This document shows, in pieces, positions 1 through 12,026 of a DNA stretch of 64,000 nucleotides. The notes under the pieces were generated by a model, which did not search any database, was not told the DNA's origin, and saw nothing but the letters and a program-made list of their open reading frames with translations. The stretch lies in assembly GCA_963847975.1 (NCBI GenBank), contig CAWKBU010000005.1:4439-68438 (forward strand), written 5' to 3'. The DNA is from an uncultured Acidobacteriota bacterium (GTDB taxonomy: Bacteria; Acidobacteriota; Vicinamibacteria; Vicinamibacterales; 2-12-FULL-66-21). A program made the position numbers and the translations under genes. The stretch's first letter is position 1, and each line of letters begins with the position of its first letter.

Positions 1-350
1 TGTCGGACAAGCGAGGCCGATGCCGGCGCAGTGGGAACGCGACGTTCTCCCCCACCGTCAGGGAATCGAAGAGCGCCGCGTGCTGAAACAGAAAGCCCAT
101 CCCTTGACGCACGCGGGACAAGGCGCGGCTATCGAGCGTGGCAACGTCCTGCTTCCTCGACGAACACCCGGCCCGAGTCCGGTTGCATCAATCCGATGAT
201 GTGCCGCAGCGTGACGCTCTTGCCGGTCCCGCTTCGCCCCAGCAGACAAAAGGCGGTCGCGCGCGGGATCTCGAAAGACACGTCGTCGAGCACCCGACGG
301 CCGCCGAACGACTTGGTGACGCCTTCGAAGCGCACGGCGGCCTCAGACAT
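1..350 (-). CDS. mlaF: MlaF/Ttg2A-type ABC transporter ATP-binding protein (partial, frameshift near 150, runs off window)
   Basis: ORF 129..350 MSEAAVRFEGVTKSFGG...GRSGTGKS (Walker A); directly downstream of an MlaE permease. Confidence 0.85.
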
Positions 351-362
351 CTGCGCGGAGCA

Positions 363-1145
363 TCAGCCGGCCTGGGGAAAGACGAAGAAGATGAGCCGCA
401 CCAGCACGACGTTGACGACGATGAGCACGACCGACGCCATGACGACGCTGCGCGTCGAGGCGCGCCCCACGCCCTCGGTTCCCTGCGTCGTGTGCAGCCC
501 GAGATACGACGAGACGATCGCGATGATGAAGCCAAAGACCGTAGTCTTCAGTGTCGCCGGAATCAGATCGGTGAAATCCATCAACGAGAAGGCGCGCGCG
601 AAGTACAACTGCGGCGAAGTCTGGACGAGCGTCGCCTCGGCCAGATAGCCACCGACGATGCCCGCCGCATTCATCACGGTGGTGAGGATAGGGAGGGCAA
701 TCACGCACGCGACCATGCGCGTCACGACGAGATACTTGAAGGAATCGACCGCCGTCGCTTCGAGGGCGTCGATCTGCTCGGTGACCTTCATCGCGCCCAG
801 CTCGGCGCCGATCCCAGCCCCGATCCGGCCGGAGAGGAGCAAACCGGCGGTGAGCGGGCCAGTCTCCTTGACGAGCGCCAAGGCCAACCCAGCGGGGATC
901 ATCGCTTCGGCGCCGAAGCGCTCGAGCGACGCCCGCGTGTGCATCGACAGTACGACGCCGATGGCAAGCCCGGCGACCGCAATCAGCGGGACCGATCGCA
1001 CACCGAGCTCGTGCAGCTGCCGCAGCGTCTCGCGGACTTCGTAGGGCGGGCGGAAGGCCTCGCGGACGCTGCGCGCCGCGAACAGCGAGAGGTCGCCGCA
1101 CCAGGCGGCTGAGCTGGCGACCGACGAGCCGACGGTGTCGAGCAT
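363..1145 (-). CDS. mlaE: MlaE-family ABC permease
   Basis: ETGPLTAGLLLSGRIGAGIGAELGAMKVTEQIDALE and GTEGVGRAST are MlaE motifs; likely start MLDTVG at 1145. Confidence 0.92.
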   Translation of the reverse strand: MLDTVGSSVASSAAWCGDLSLFAARSVREAFRPPYEVRETLRQLHELGVRSVPLIAVAGLAIGVVLSMHTRASLERFGAEAMIPAGLALALVKETGPLTAGLLLSGRIGAGIGAELGAMKVTEQIDALEATAVDSFKYLVVTRMVACVIALPILTTVMNAAGIVGGYLAEATLVQTSPQLYFARAFSLMDFTDLIPATLKTTVFGFIIAIVSSYLGLHTTQGTEGVGRASTRSVVMASVVLIVVNVVLVRLIFFVFPQAG

Positions 1146-1157
1146 CAGTACAGCGAC

Positions 1158-1173
1158 TACAAGAGATGTGCCA
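1158..1173 (-). promoter_or_regulatory. Possible sigma54 -24/-12 promoter for mlaE
   Basis: Minus strand TGGCAC-ATCTC-TTGTA, about 12 nt upstream of the mlaE ATG. Confidence 0.4.
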
Positions 1174-1358
1174 CGGTACTGCGGCCTTTCGACGCAAACG
1201 CGGTGCGCATCATCGCCGACCTGGGGCGAGCTGGCGCTGGCCGACACGCCTGGTTGGTTGATTCGCGGAGGCGAATGAGCACGCGGGTCCCAGCTTCCGG
1301 CAACCAATGACTCGGAAGTGGCAGCCGTCGTCCGCCGGACGTGAGCACGCTCGCGCGC

Positions 1359-1688
1359 TCAGTGTTTGAAAGGGAGAGTGCCGGGAACGACTTTGAGGGT
1401 TGACTTCACGTCACCGACGCCTCGGACCTCGCGGACGATGGTGAGTGCCCGCTCCGCCTCGTCGGCTGTCCGGACTTCCCCCGCAAGTGACACCACGCCA
1501 CGCTGAACCTCGACGGCAATGTCTCGCAGGCTGAGGTCGCGATCACTCAACAGCGCCGACCGCACCGCCGCGGCAATGCGGCCGTCGTCGAGCGATATGC
1601 CGACCGTGCCGAGCGGCGGCCGCGGACCGCGCGCACACGCTGCCACGCCGAGGAGGGCCGCAAGGGCTAGGACGGCAAGCGCACGCAT
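1359..1688 (-). CDS. BON (OsmY-like) domain lipoprotein
   Basis: Lipobox-like LGVAAC, then DDGRIAAAVRSALL...IAVEVQRGVVSLAGEV...VRGVGDVKSTL. Confidence 0.85.
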   Translation of the reverse strand: MRALAVLALAALLGVAACARGPRPPLGTVGISLDDGRIAAAVRSALLSDRDLSLRDIAVEVQRGVVSLAGEVRTADEAERALTIVREVRGVGDVKSTLKVVPGTLPFKH

Positions 1689-1725
1689 CACTCGCCACGC
1701 TATCACAGGCCGTCTGCGTCGTCCT

Positions 1726-3106
1726 TCACTTCGCGCGCGCGAGAATCCACTCCGCGATCGCCTCGAGGACCACTGGCGCCATCGTCTCCTCGATTTGCGC
1801 GTACTCGTTTGGCAAGCCGGTCTTGCTCGTCTGGAAGAGGTGGTTCAGGTTCGGAAACGATCGGACCGTCCCGTCCGTGTTGCCACCGGCCTTGAGGGCG
1901 GCCTCGATCGCCGGCAGGTTCTGCTTGAACGGCACCTGGACGTCCTTCTCGCCGTTCAAGGCGAGCGTGGGGATCTTGACCGCTCGCAGCGCCGTGGCCG
2001 GGTCGTAGGTGAGGAAGAACCGGAACCAGGGCGAGGTCAGCGCTTGCGCCGAGGCGTCGCCACTGATCGCCCGGATCCGATCGCGCATGACCGCGACATC
2101 GGTCTCTGACTTCAACACACCGTAGATGCGCTCCTGCTGCGCCCGCGCCTGGGCGACCTGCTCGGCGCTCGCCCCCTGCGACTGCGCGAGGGTCGTCGCC
2201 TGCTCGTAAAGAATCTGCTCGCCCGTCACCCCGGGCCCGGCGAGCAGGACCTCGAACGCCACGTCCTTCGACCGCAAGGCGACCATGGGCGCAATCATGC
2301 CGCCTTCGCTGTGCCCAATCAGTCCGATGCGCGATTTGCTGGTCGAGTAGGTACGACTTCAGGAATTCGACCGCGGCCAGGGCGTCGCCGGCGAAGTCCT
2401 CGCTCGTGGCGAGCGCCGCGTTCCCCGTCGAGCCGCCGATGCCCCGGTCGTCAAGCCGCAGCACGGCGATGCCGCGGCGCGTCAGGTAGTCAGCCAGGAC
2501 CAGGAACGGCTGGTGCCCGGCGATGGATTCGTTGCGGTCCTGCTGCCCGGAACCCGTGATGAGGATCACCACGGGATACGCTTCGGCGGCACGCGGCGTC
2601 GTCAGCGTTCCGGCCAGCTTTACGCCAGCCGCGCTGTTCTGAATCGTCACTTCGTCAGTGAGGTAAGGGTATGGCGGCTTCGGTTCCTGCGGCCGTGGGG
2701 CGGCGACGATCGTTGGCTTGCCAGTCGTGTTGCGCTTCAGGGAGAAGGTCAGCTTACCCGGACCTTGCGTGAACCCTCCCTGGATGGTCGCGCCGTCCTC
2801 CGACAACGTTCCGGCGAACGTCGGATCCCCAGGTACTCCCGCAATCGAAAAGCGAACCGCGGGTCCGTCGACCGTAATGTTCGCGAGCGGCCTGGCCATG
2901 GCGCCTTGCGCCGGAATATCGATCGTCCCTGCCCACGATCCGGACGCGGGGCGATCGAGCCTGACGGCAACCTCGAGCACGCCGGACGGCAGGTTGATCG
3001 CGCCTTCCCAGAGGCCGCTGGCTGACGGTGCGGGCGCCTGCGCGGCCACGGCCAGCGGCGCGAGCAGGAGCAGACAGCGACTCATGAACATCAGGACCAT
3101 GCGCAT
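1726..3106 (-). CDS. Secreted alpha/beta hydrolase (frameshift near 2340)
   Basis: Signal peptide; PRPQEPKPPYPY, LITGSGQQDRNE, RLDDRGIGGS, GHSEG nucleophile elbow across the shift, NGEKDVQV, LNHLFQ. Confidence 0.85.
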
Positions 3107-3207
3107 ATCCCGGCAGTGTAATGCACCTCGCCCCGCGCGAGAGGGCCGGTCGAGCCGGAAGAGTCAGCGGGCGCACGCCGGTCTCGCGATTGCTACAATA
3201 CTGGGTC

Positions 3208-5635
3208 GTGCCATCGCCCATCGAGCGCACAGGCTGGGCACTCGCCGGCGGCGACGTGCTGGCGCACTACCGCGTCCTCTCACCGCTCGGATCGGGCGGC
3301 ATGGCGCAGGTCTATCTGGCCGAGGACGTTCGGCTGGGCCGCCGGCTCGCGTTGAAAGTGCTCTCGCCGCGCGCCGTGCGCGACGAGGAACGGCTCCGCC
3401 GCTTCGAGCGCGAGGCGCGCACGATTTCGGCCCTCAATCATCCCAACATCCTCACGGTCTACGACGTCGGCCACGACGGCGGCATGCAGTTCCTCGCGAC
3501 CGAGTTCATCGACGGCGTCACGCTGCGGGCGGTCGCTCGATCGCGGCCGCCTCGACGCCCGGCAGGCGGTCACGATTGCCGTCCAGATTGCGCAGGCGGT
3601 CGCGGCCGCGCACGACGCAGGCGTCGTCCATCGCGACCTGAAGCCCGAGAACGTGATGATTCGCGCCGATGGCTATGTCAAGGTCCTGGATTTCGGTCTG
3701 GCGAAGCTCATGGGGCGCGAGGGCTTTGCGGCGGGCGATGACGCCGCAACGCAGCTCGTGGAGACGCGAGACGGCGTCGTCATGGGCACGTTCAACTACA
3801 TGGCCCCGGAGCAGGCGCGCGGGGGCGATGTCGACGGACGAGCGGACTTGTTCGCGCTCGGCGTCCTTCTATACGAAATGCTCGCCGGGCAGCCGCCGTT
3901 CAAGGGCGCCACCGCGGCCGACGTCGTCGGCGCCATCCTCTTTCGCGATCCGGCGCCGCTCGCGCCAGATCTGCGAGGTGCCGGAAGAACTGGAGCGGAT
4001 CGTCCAGGCTGCCCTGCGGAAGGAGCGCGACGAGCGCTACCACACGTGCGGTCTGATGGTGCGCGATCTGCGTTCGCTGGCGCGCACGCTGGACACCGGG
4101 GAGCAGTGACGACTCCGTGCGAATGTCGGTGTATCAGGCGCAGGCGATGACTGGAGTGCCCGCCGCGCACGCGGAAACCGGCACCGCCTCGCCAGAGGGC
4201 GGGGCGACGCCGCCACGCGCGCCGACGTTCGCGCCGCGGGATCGACTCACTGGCCGTGCTGCCGCTCGTGAACCAGAGCGACGGGCAGGAGCTCGACTAC
4301 CTGAGCGAAGGTCTCACCGAGAGCCTGATCAACAACCTGTCGCAGATTCCGCGACTGCGCGTGATGGCGCGGAGCACTGTCTTCCGTTACAAGGGCCAGA
4401 ACATCGATCCGCGAGCGGTCGGGCGCCACCTCGGCGTCCAGGCGGTGCTCATCGGGCGCGTCCTCGAACGAGGTGGCGCCCTCATCGGTTGGCGCCGAGC
4501 TCGTGGATGTCGAGGACGGTTCGCAGCTCTGGGGAACGGTCCTCAGCCGCCCCGTCGCCGATGCGTTCGTTCTCCAGGCGGAGATCGCGGAAGAACTGAC
4601 CACGCGCCTTGCGCGTCCGGTTGAGCCGCGCCGAGCGCCAGCGGCTGGGCAAGCGCCACACGGTCAACGCCGATGCGTATCAGCTTTACCTGCGCGGACG
4701 GTATTTCCTGAACATCCGGACCGGCGAGGCGCTCAAGAGCGCGCGCACGCTCTTCGAGCGTGCCGTGGCGGAGGATCCCAGGTACGCGCTGGCGCACGCC
4801 GGCCTGGCGGATTGCTGTTCGCTCATCGCCGTCAGCCTGCGCGCGGTGTCGAGCGCCAGCCTGATCGCCCACGGCCGCGCGGCCGCCTTGACCGCGCTGC
4901 AACTCGACGAGAGCCTTGCGGACGGGCATGCGTCGCTCGCGTTCATCAAGTTCCGCTTCGAATGGGATTGGGCCGGCGCCGAGGCGGAGTTCACGCGCGC
5001 GCTCGACCTCAATCCCGGCCACGCGCCGTCGCGACAGTGGTACGCGATGTTCCTCGCGTCCCGCGCCCGCTTCGAGGAAGCGCTCGGCGCAGATGAAGCG
5101 GGCCCTCGAGCTCGATCCCCTGTCGCTCATCATCCAGAGCGGCATCGGGCGCATCCTGCACTTCGCCGGCCGGCTGGACGACGCGGTCGACGCAGTACGA
5201 GCACGTGCTCCAGACCAACCCCGCTTTCGCACAAGCGCACGTCGATCTCGCGCTGACGCGGATGGCGCGAGGGGAACTGGCGGCGGCGCGTGAGGAGCTC
5301 GCGCGCGCCAGAGAGAGCTCTCGGCGCGGTGTCGACGGTCGTCCTGCTCGACGCCTGCTGCGCGGTGCGCGAGGGACGCGTCGACAGTGCGAGAGCCGCC
5401 TTCGCCGACTTGCAGGACCGCTACGAGCGTGCCGCCGCCGGGCGCGGACGATCTCGCGATGCTCGCGGCCGCCCTCGGCGAGTGGCAGGCGGCGCTCCGC
5501 TGGCTCACCGACGCGTGCGCACAGCGAGCGCCGTTTCTCGGCTACGTCGATGTCGAGCCTGCCATGGCTGCCCTGCTCGAGGATCCCGCGTGCCGCGCCC
5601 TGCTTCGCCGACACGGCTTCCGCGCCGGCGGCTGA
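3208..5635 (+). CDS. Hanks-type Ser/Thr kinase with TolB-like N domain and TPR repeats (several frameshifts)
   Basis: [42 protein letters not shown], then AVLPLVN..YLSEGLTESLINNL and TPR-like EWDWAGAEAEFTRALDLNP spread over consecutive frames. Confidence 0.88.
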
Positions 5636-5669
5636 GTCCCTCGCGCTCGTTCTTCAGGCAGACGCCGCG

Positions 5670-8627
5670 TCAGAAGGGCACCAGCCGCACGTCGTCAAAG
5701 CTCGCCGTGGCCAGCACGGCATTGTTGTGACTGGTCACGACCAGGCCGGGCTCCACGAAGAAGACTCCGGCGAGCGTGACCTGACCGATCTGCTGCCAGG
5801 TCGCACCGTCTTTGGAATACCAACCGGTGAACGTGTCGCCGCTCCTGGTGAGCCGCACGGAGACTGGGGCGGCGGCCGTCCTGACCGCGACCTGAAAGCT
5901 CCGGCCTCCAACCGCAGCGCGATACTGCATCGCAACGCCGTGGCCCGGTGTGGCGACGACCATCACATGCCTCGCCTCGGGCAGCGTCCACGGGCCCGCG
6001 CCATACAGCTCCCGGAACATCACTCCGGCTTTTGCCCACGGGTCGGTATTCTGCACCGAGCGGACGCGGGCGGAGATGGACTGGATCGAAGCGGGCGTGT
6101 AGTAACCAGTGGTAAACGCGAATTGGAAGGCATCCGCCGTGCCCCAGATATCCGCGCCCGAGCCCCGCAGCTCGTAGACCACGCCATCGAAGGTGGTACT
6201 GCCGGCTACGCCGACGTTGCCGACGTCCTCCTTCCGATTCAGAGGATCACCGAACTCGAAGGCGACGTTGTCGAACCTGGCCGTCGCCAGCTGGCCGTCC
6301 ACGTGGCTGGTGACCGCGAGGCCGACGTAGAGCACGGTGCGCAGATCGGCGACGGTCTGCCGACCGATGAGAATCCACGGCTGCGATGGCTGAACCCGAT
6401 AGTAGGCGCTCACGGTGTCGCCTACTCGGCCGATTCGCAGCCACACGGGCGCGGCGATGCGCGGTCCGGCGGTGTGCACGGTCAGGGTGTTTGGCTCCAG
6501 CCGCCGCTGGAATGCCAGCCCGTTCGTAGTGCTCGGCGTCGCAAAGAGCGACACGTGCCTGGCTCCTGGAGAGAGGTCCTCGCGAACCATGATGCCCGCC
6601 TTGACCCATTGGTGCAGGTTCTCGATGCCGGTGACGCGCGCCGTGAACGAGAACGTTGGTCCAGCCGTTCGGTAGGCGTAGCGGAACTCGTCGGCAGTGC
6701 GCCAGATATCAGCGCCCGATCCCTCGATCGTCCACGTGCCGTTGACAACGGATGCGCTGCCCGCCGCACCGACGGATCCGATGTCGGACGACGACCATCC
6801 GGAGGGGAGGACAGGATCGGTGACGATGGCGAACCGGGCGGAGATCCCGATCACTCGACTCAGTACCCTCTGCGATAAGCCTGAGGCGGGCTCGATCCGT
6901 CGGCGGACCTGGATTGGTCCACACGCACTCGAGCGCCGTCGGGGGGAGATTCGCGCAGCCGGGCACAATCGAGAACGTCCGGCCATCGTCGACCGAATAG
7001 GAGAGCGTCAGGCTGGTCAATCGCTCCGTCCGGCTCGTTGCAAAACGAACCGTGTAGGGCACGCCCGCCTGGACATCGATGCCGGCAGTCGGATCGGAAA
7101 TGCCCACGAAGGCATCGGCGTCGGAATCGTAGTTGTAGATCGTCACCGAGTCGCGGGCGACGCCGCCGAGGCCGTCCTCGACCGTCACCGTCACAGTCCG
7201 ACTCATCCCTTCAGTAGGCGAACACTCGCACGAATGGCTGGCGGCTGATCACCTGGCCCTGTTCATTCGTCCAGGTGTAGCTGAGCCAGTGCCAATCCGG
7301 ATCGCTGGTGTCGATGCCGATGTCAAACGATGTCTCGTTGTTGAAGCTCGTCCGATCGGGACCCGCGAAGACCGATGGCGCCCGGTTCGTCCTCGGGGCG
7401 CGATTGAGGAGCGTGGCGCCGGGCGACGTGATGAGGTCGGTGCGGCGATCGCCATTCAGATCGGCCGTGTTCAGCTCATGGTTCGCACCCCAGTACCGGT
7501 GAGCTGCGATCGAACCCGATGCCAAACTCACCCTGGTAGATGTAAGCGAGCGCGAACACGGCAGGAGCAAGCAGCCGGCCAGTGCCGTCTCCTGGCAGAA
7601 CCGACACGCTATCCGCCAGACCGATGCCGAGATCGTCATCCCAGATGATCGAACGGTTGCCGGTGGCGACGTCGGGCCGGGCATCGCCGTTGAAGTCACC
7701 GACCACGATGGACGTACCGCCACGGACGCCGGTGGTGTAGCTCACGCCCGTCCGAAACGTGCCATCCCCGTTGCCGAGCAGCACGACCACCTGGCCTGGC
7801 GCCTGTCCGGGCGAGCTGACGTCGTAGATCCCGGAGACGGCGGCCAAATCCAGCCGGCCATCGAGGTTGATGTCCGACGCGGTGATGTCGTTGAAATTAC
7901 CGGGAATGTCCGTCCGCGTGAATACGTTCCCGCCGTTATTGATGAAGAGGTTGATTTCGCAGCAGGTGTTGGCGAGCGCGAGGTCGCGCCGTCCGTCACC
8001 GTTGAAGTCACCGCTCGTGAGCTCTGCGGGCAGGTAGTTGCTCGTCGGCAGGATGATGGGCGGGCCGAAGGCGAAGGTCCCCGTTCCTGGATAGAGCTTG
8101 AGCACGGCATCGGTGGCGACGTCGGGCACGATGATATCGAGGTGTCGATCTCCATTCAGATCGCCGGCAAAGGCCCACGTTCGTAGTTCACGTACCTGAT
8201 CGTTCTCATCGATCACGCGCGCGGCATCGAAGGTGCCGTCGCCATTCCCGGGCAGGACTTCCAGGGATCGGCCCCGGAGTATGAGCAGGTCGACGAAACC
8301 GTCGGCATTGAAGTCGGCCGGAAGCAATGGCTCCGCGCGATAGTCCACCGCCTTTGGGGCGAGAAAAGTGCCATCTCCGCGCCCCATCGCCACTACGACG
8401 TCGCCCGGATCGGCGACAAAGAGCGCTCTCGTCCCAGCGACCAGATCGGCCTTGCCGTCTCTGTTCAAGTCGGCCGGCCACACATTGATGTAAAGATCCG
8501 GATGCTGCGTGAGATCGAAGGTTGGCCTGGGCGGGGTCTGTGCATCAGCGCCAGACACGGCGAGCACAGCCATTATCATCGGCAGAGATGCCCAACGCAG
8601 CAGTTTCGGACGGGACCAGCGGCTCAT
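5670..8627 (-). CDS. Secreted FG-GAP/VCBS repeat protein with PKD-like and two lectin-like (DUF1349-like) domains (frameshifts)
   Basis: Repeated DxNxDGxxD motifs (ADLNRDGKADL, GDFNGDGRRDL); NRAPSVFAGPD; two GSGADIWxTAD...KAGxM modules. Confidence 0.8.
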
Positions 8628-8859
8628 GAATCCCCCCTTGGATGGCGGAACGCGTCAGCGGCGGGCGGAAACTGACGAACAGCCTGTCTCGCGGCGCCGC
8701 CGCGGCCGCGCCTCACGCAGTAATCGTGCCCAGTGGTCCCGCTAGTTCCTTCGCGCTATTGACCGCCTTCCTTCCCGTCCCTAGGATGCTCGTTCGCACT
8801 AGTCGCGGTTCCCATCAATATGATGTGCAAAACGGTTCGGACCTCCCGGCGAGGATGAG

Positions 8860-10189
8860 GTGAGCGTCGTCGATACTGGCGCGCGGATGGAGTCGAGTGC
8901 CGCGACCGAGATCGTGCCTGCCGCACCATTGGGGTCGGTCGGCGCGGCGCGGGTCCCGTACGGTGCGCTGCTGATCGTCGGCCTCGGCGGCCTCTTCGCC
9001 GGCGTCACCGGACCGCTCTTGAGTGCCTTCGTGCCGCCGCTCGTGCGGGACGCGCTCGGCGATCATCGCGCGGCCATCGGGGCCGTCATGGCCATCGACA
9101 ACTTCCTGCTCCTGCTGCTCGTGCCCTTGGCCGGCGCCGCGTCGGACCGCGCCAGCGCGCGGGGGCGGGGCCGGCTGCCCATCGTCCTCAGCGGTTTCGT
9201 GCTGGCGGCCGCCGGCATGTCGCTCTTCCCGTCGGCGGCGAGGCTCGGGATCACCGGCATCGTCGCCGCAATCGTCCTGCTCTATTCCGGCATCAACCTC
9301 CAGCGATCGCCCTTCCAGGCGCTCATCGCCGACGTCGTGCCGTCGCGCTATCGCTCGCTCGCGACCGGATCCGTGACCTTCCAGATGTGCGTCGGCGCGG
9401 TCGTCTTCCTGATGCTGGGCCGGGTGCTCGGCATGCACCTCGCCTTCATGATCGCAGCGGGCACGGTTCTCGCCATCGCCTCGGCCTTCGCACTCGGGCT
9501 GCGCGAACCAGGTTCATCAGAATCGCTCGCCGCCGAGGCCACCTTCCGCTCGCTCGTCGATGCGATCTCGGCGGCCGCGCGCGGCGTGGTGCCTGGCATG
9601 CGGGAAGTCTTCATCGCGTCGTGCCTGTTGCAGCTGACCTTTCAAAGCTTCACCACCTGGTTCGCGTTGCACGGCATCGAGCGGTTCGGCGTCGGGCCGG
9701 AGGCTGTGACGATGGGGTTCATCGCGTGGGCGATGGGCGGAGTGATCGGTGCATTGCCCGCCGGGATCATCGGCGTGCGGATTGGTCGCCGGAACGCGAT
9801 GCTGCTCGGGTTCGCGTTGATGGCCGCATGCCTGATCGCACTGGACCGCGTCACCGCTCTCTCTCAAGCCACGCTCCTTCTCGCGCTCGCATCGGCCAGC
9901 TGGACACTGCCGATGGTGAACGCGTATCCCCTGTTCGTCGAACCGATCCCACGCGAGCGCCGTGGTGTCCTCGCCGCGCTCTTCCTCCTGTCCATGGCGT
10001 TCGGTGGCGCGATCGGCGATCCGCGTGAACGGCGCCGTCTTCGACCTCTTCGGCAGCTATCGCCCGCTGTTCGCATTGATGACCTGTTACGCGGCGCTGG
10101 CGTTCGTCGCCGTGCTCACGATCCCGCGCGGCGCAGGCGAAGCCGACAGCGGTGCGCGCACCCCACGTGCCCCGGCGCAGCCGGCCTGA
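8860..10189 (+). CDS. MFS transporter (frameshift near 10022)
   Basis: About 12 hydrophobic helices; GAASDR..RGRGRLP, RSPFQALIADVVP, GVRIGRR; C-terminus continues in ORF 9962..10189. Confidence 0.85.
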
Positions 10190-10258
10190 GTCATCCCACC
10201 CAGATCGTCACGGGCGACCTCTTCAGCTGAGTATCGCGGTCGCGCCCGCGCGCCTCTC

Positions 10259-10274
10259 TGGCGTTCATGTTGCA
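10259..10274 (+). promoter_or_regulatory. Sigma54 -24/-12 promoter
   Basis: TGGCGTTCATGTTGCA matches TGGC-N7-TTGCA, upstream of an AGGAGG RBS and ATG 10308. Confidence 0.55.
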
Positions 10275-10307
10275 GTCGAAGGCGGCATGACACTCAGGAG
10301 GAATCAG

Positions 10308-10838
10308 ATGAGCCCAAGAGTTCTCGCATACGGATTGGCGTGCTCGGTCACGCTCGCCACTCCACTGCTCGCACAGAATCCACCACCACCCACGGCCCAG
10401 GCACCAACGGGCCAGCCATCAGCGGCGGTGCAGGCGGCGGCGACGTTGGTGAAGGTCGAAGGGTGTGTGTTCAAGGAAGTCGATGCCCCTGGCCGCAGAC
10501 CGCCGGACGAGGTGCGATCGCGCGTCGAGACTGATGATGACTACGTTTTGACGAACACAAAGGTGATCGAGGGTTCGGCAACTGTGAGTAACGCCGCGCC
10601 TCAGGCGGCCGCGACCCCGACCGGCACGTCAGGGACCACCACGGCGGCACCCATGTACAAGGTCAAGGACATCAGCAAGGGTAAGTTGAAGGACGAGATT
10701 GGCCAACGGGTACAGATCGACGGCACACTGCAACACGTCGAGCGCGCCGGAAATCCGGTGTCCTTCGCGTTCGATTTGGTCGAGCTCCGCGGCACGACCA
10801 TAAAACGGATCGAGGGAGAGTGCCCGAAGAAGGACTGA
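10308..10838 (+). CDS. Secreted hypothetical protein
   Basis: AGGAGG RBS; signal peptide; VEGCV...TPTGTSG...IGQRVQIDG...IEGEC with two Cys. Confidence 0.75.
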   Translation: MSPRVLAYGLACSVTLATPLLAQNPPPPTAQAPTGQPSAAVQAAATLVKVEGCVFKEVDAPGRRPPDEVRSRVETDDDYVLTNTKVIEGSATVSNAAPQAAATPTGTSGTTTAAPMYKVKDISKGKLKDEIGQRVQIDGTLQHVERAGNPVSFAFDLVELRGTTIKRIEGECPKKD

Positions 10839-10877
10839 GTAGGCACTTGGCTACACCTCATGAGCCTCGCGCGCAGA

Positions 10878-10909
10878 AGGATGAGCTCGCAACCACGCGA
10901 GCTCATCCT
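10878..10909. repeat. Perfect 13-bp hairpin in an intergenic region
   Basis: AGGATGAGCTCGC-aaccac-GCGAGCTCATCCT; no U-tract. Confidence 0.6.
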
Positions 10910-10965
10910 CGTAAAGAGCTCTCCCTTTGGGACTAACGCGCTCGAAGCGAACAGACGAGCGAATG

Positions 10966-10981
10966 TGGTCGGCATCTTGCT
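10966..10981 (+). promoter_or_regulatory. Possible sigma54 promoter
   Basis: TGGTCGGCATCTTGCT has GG-N10-GC spacing, upstream of the 11070 gene. Confidence 0.4.
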
Positions 10982-11069
10982 CTCTACATCCGGCATGAGC
11001 GGCGAGTGATTCGCCCCTCGCGAGCTAAGCGGTATTACACCGCTTTGGCTAACCTCAAGGAGGTCTTCT

Positions 11070-11630
11070 ATGACGGTTGGCAAAGCCTCAGCTCTCGCGG
11101 CTGGATTCGTTGGAGCCGTCGCTCTCGGTGTGGCGATCGGTCCAGCGGTGCACGATAAATGGTCGGCGGCTTCCACTCAAGAACCGGCGCGCGCGGCGAT
11201 CGTGACGGACAGCGCGCCCGCGGAGGCGCCGGCCAAGGCGCGCGTGCGCAAGGTCCCGGTGGCCGCACCCTCTCGACCGGCGGCCGCGGCCTCTCGCGAC
11301 GAGTTTGTGGCTCCCCCCAAACCGGCTGGCGCGGTGTCGAGCGTCGCGGTCGCGGTGTGGGAACCGGAACTGCGTGACCGCGTGAAGGCGGTCCTCAGCC
11401 CAGGCACGAAGATCGAGCTCGCGGCGGAGGACTTCGAGACGCCCGAGCAGTTCGTGACCGTCGCGCATGCGGCGCGTAACACGAGCGTGCCGTTCGTCCT
11501 CCTCAAGCATCGCATGCTGAGCGAAGGCAAGAGCCTGGCAGAGGCGATTCACGAGCTGAAGCCGGAGCTCAACGCCAAGGCCGAAGTCGAGCGCGCGCGT
11601 GACGCGGCACGATCCGATCTGGCTGGGTAA
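11070..11630 (+). CDS. Membrane-anchored hypothetical protein
   Basis: AAGGAGG RBS; N-terminal TM segment; C-terminal F.T.EQFVTVAHAARNTSVPFVLLK..SLAEAIHELKP domain. Confidence 0.8.
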   Translation: MTVGKASALAAGFVGAVALGVAIGPAVHDKWSAASTQEPARAAIVTDSAPAEAPAKARVRKVPVAAPSRPAAAASRDEFVAPPKPAGAVSSVAVAVWEPELRDRVKAVLSPGTKIELAAEDFETPEQFVTVAHAARNTSVPFVLLKHRMLSEGKSLAEAIHELKPELNAKAEVERARDAARSDLAG

Positions 11631-11643
11631 CGACTAGCTGACG

Positions 11644-11680
11644 ACGGCGGGGCGGGGACATCCCTGCCCCGCCGTTTTTT
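11644..11680 (+). terminator. Rho-independent terminator
   Basis: ACGGCGGGGCGGGGA-ca-TCCCTGCCCCGCCGT followed by a T-run just after stop 11630. Confidence 0.85.
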
Positions 11681-11725
11681 CTTGGCGCGCTTCAATACCG
11701 CCCGGCTCACGGTCCTATCTGCCGA

Positions 11726-12016
11726 GTGCCGTCCCGCCCTCCCTCGCCCCACTCCCATTTCGTCTACATCGTCCGCTGCGCGGACGGGTCGCTCTATACC
11801 GGCTACGCCCGCGATCCGCAGGCGCGGATCCGCGTACACAACGCCGGCCGCGGAGCGCGTTACACGTGTGGGCGGCGGCCGGTGCGGCTCGTCTACTCTG
11901 AATCGTTCGAGACGCTGTCCGAGGCGCTCAAGCGTGAGTACGAACTGAAGCAGTGGCCGCGTGTGAGGAAGCAGGCGCTCGTCAAGCAGGCGCGGCGACG
12001 GCGAAAGGAAAGCTGA
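11726..12016 (+). CDS. GIY-YIG nuclease (UPF0213/YhbQ-like)
   Basis: FVYIVRCADGSLYTGY..HNAGRGARYT..ALKREYELK. Confidence 0.92.
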   Translation: MPSRPPSPHSHFVYIVRCADGSLYTGYARDPQARIRVHNAGRGARYTCGRRPVRLVYSESFETLSEALKREYELKQWPRVRKQALVKQARRRRKES

Positions 12017-12026
12017 CGCGAGCGGG

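Noticed and set aside
11726-12016. GIY-YIG protein as a homing or mobile endonuclease
   Set aside because: It is a short stand-alone UPF0213-type protein with no intron or element boundaries.
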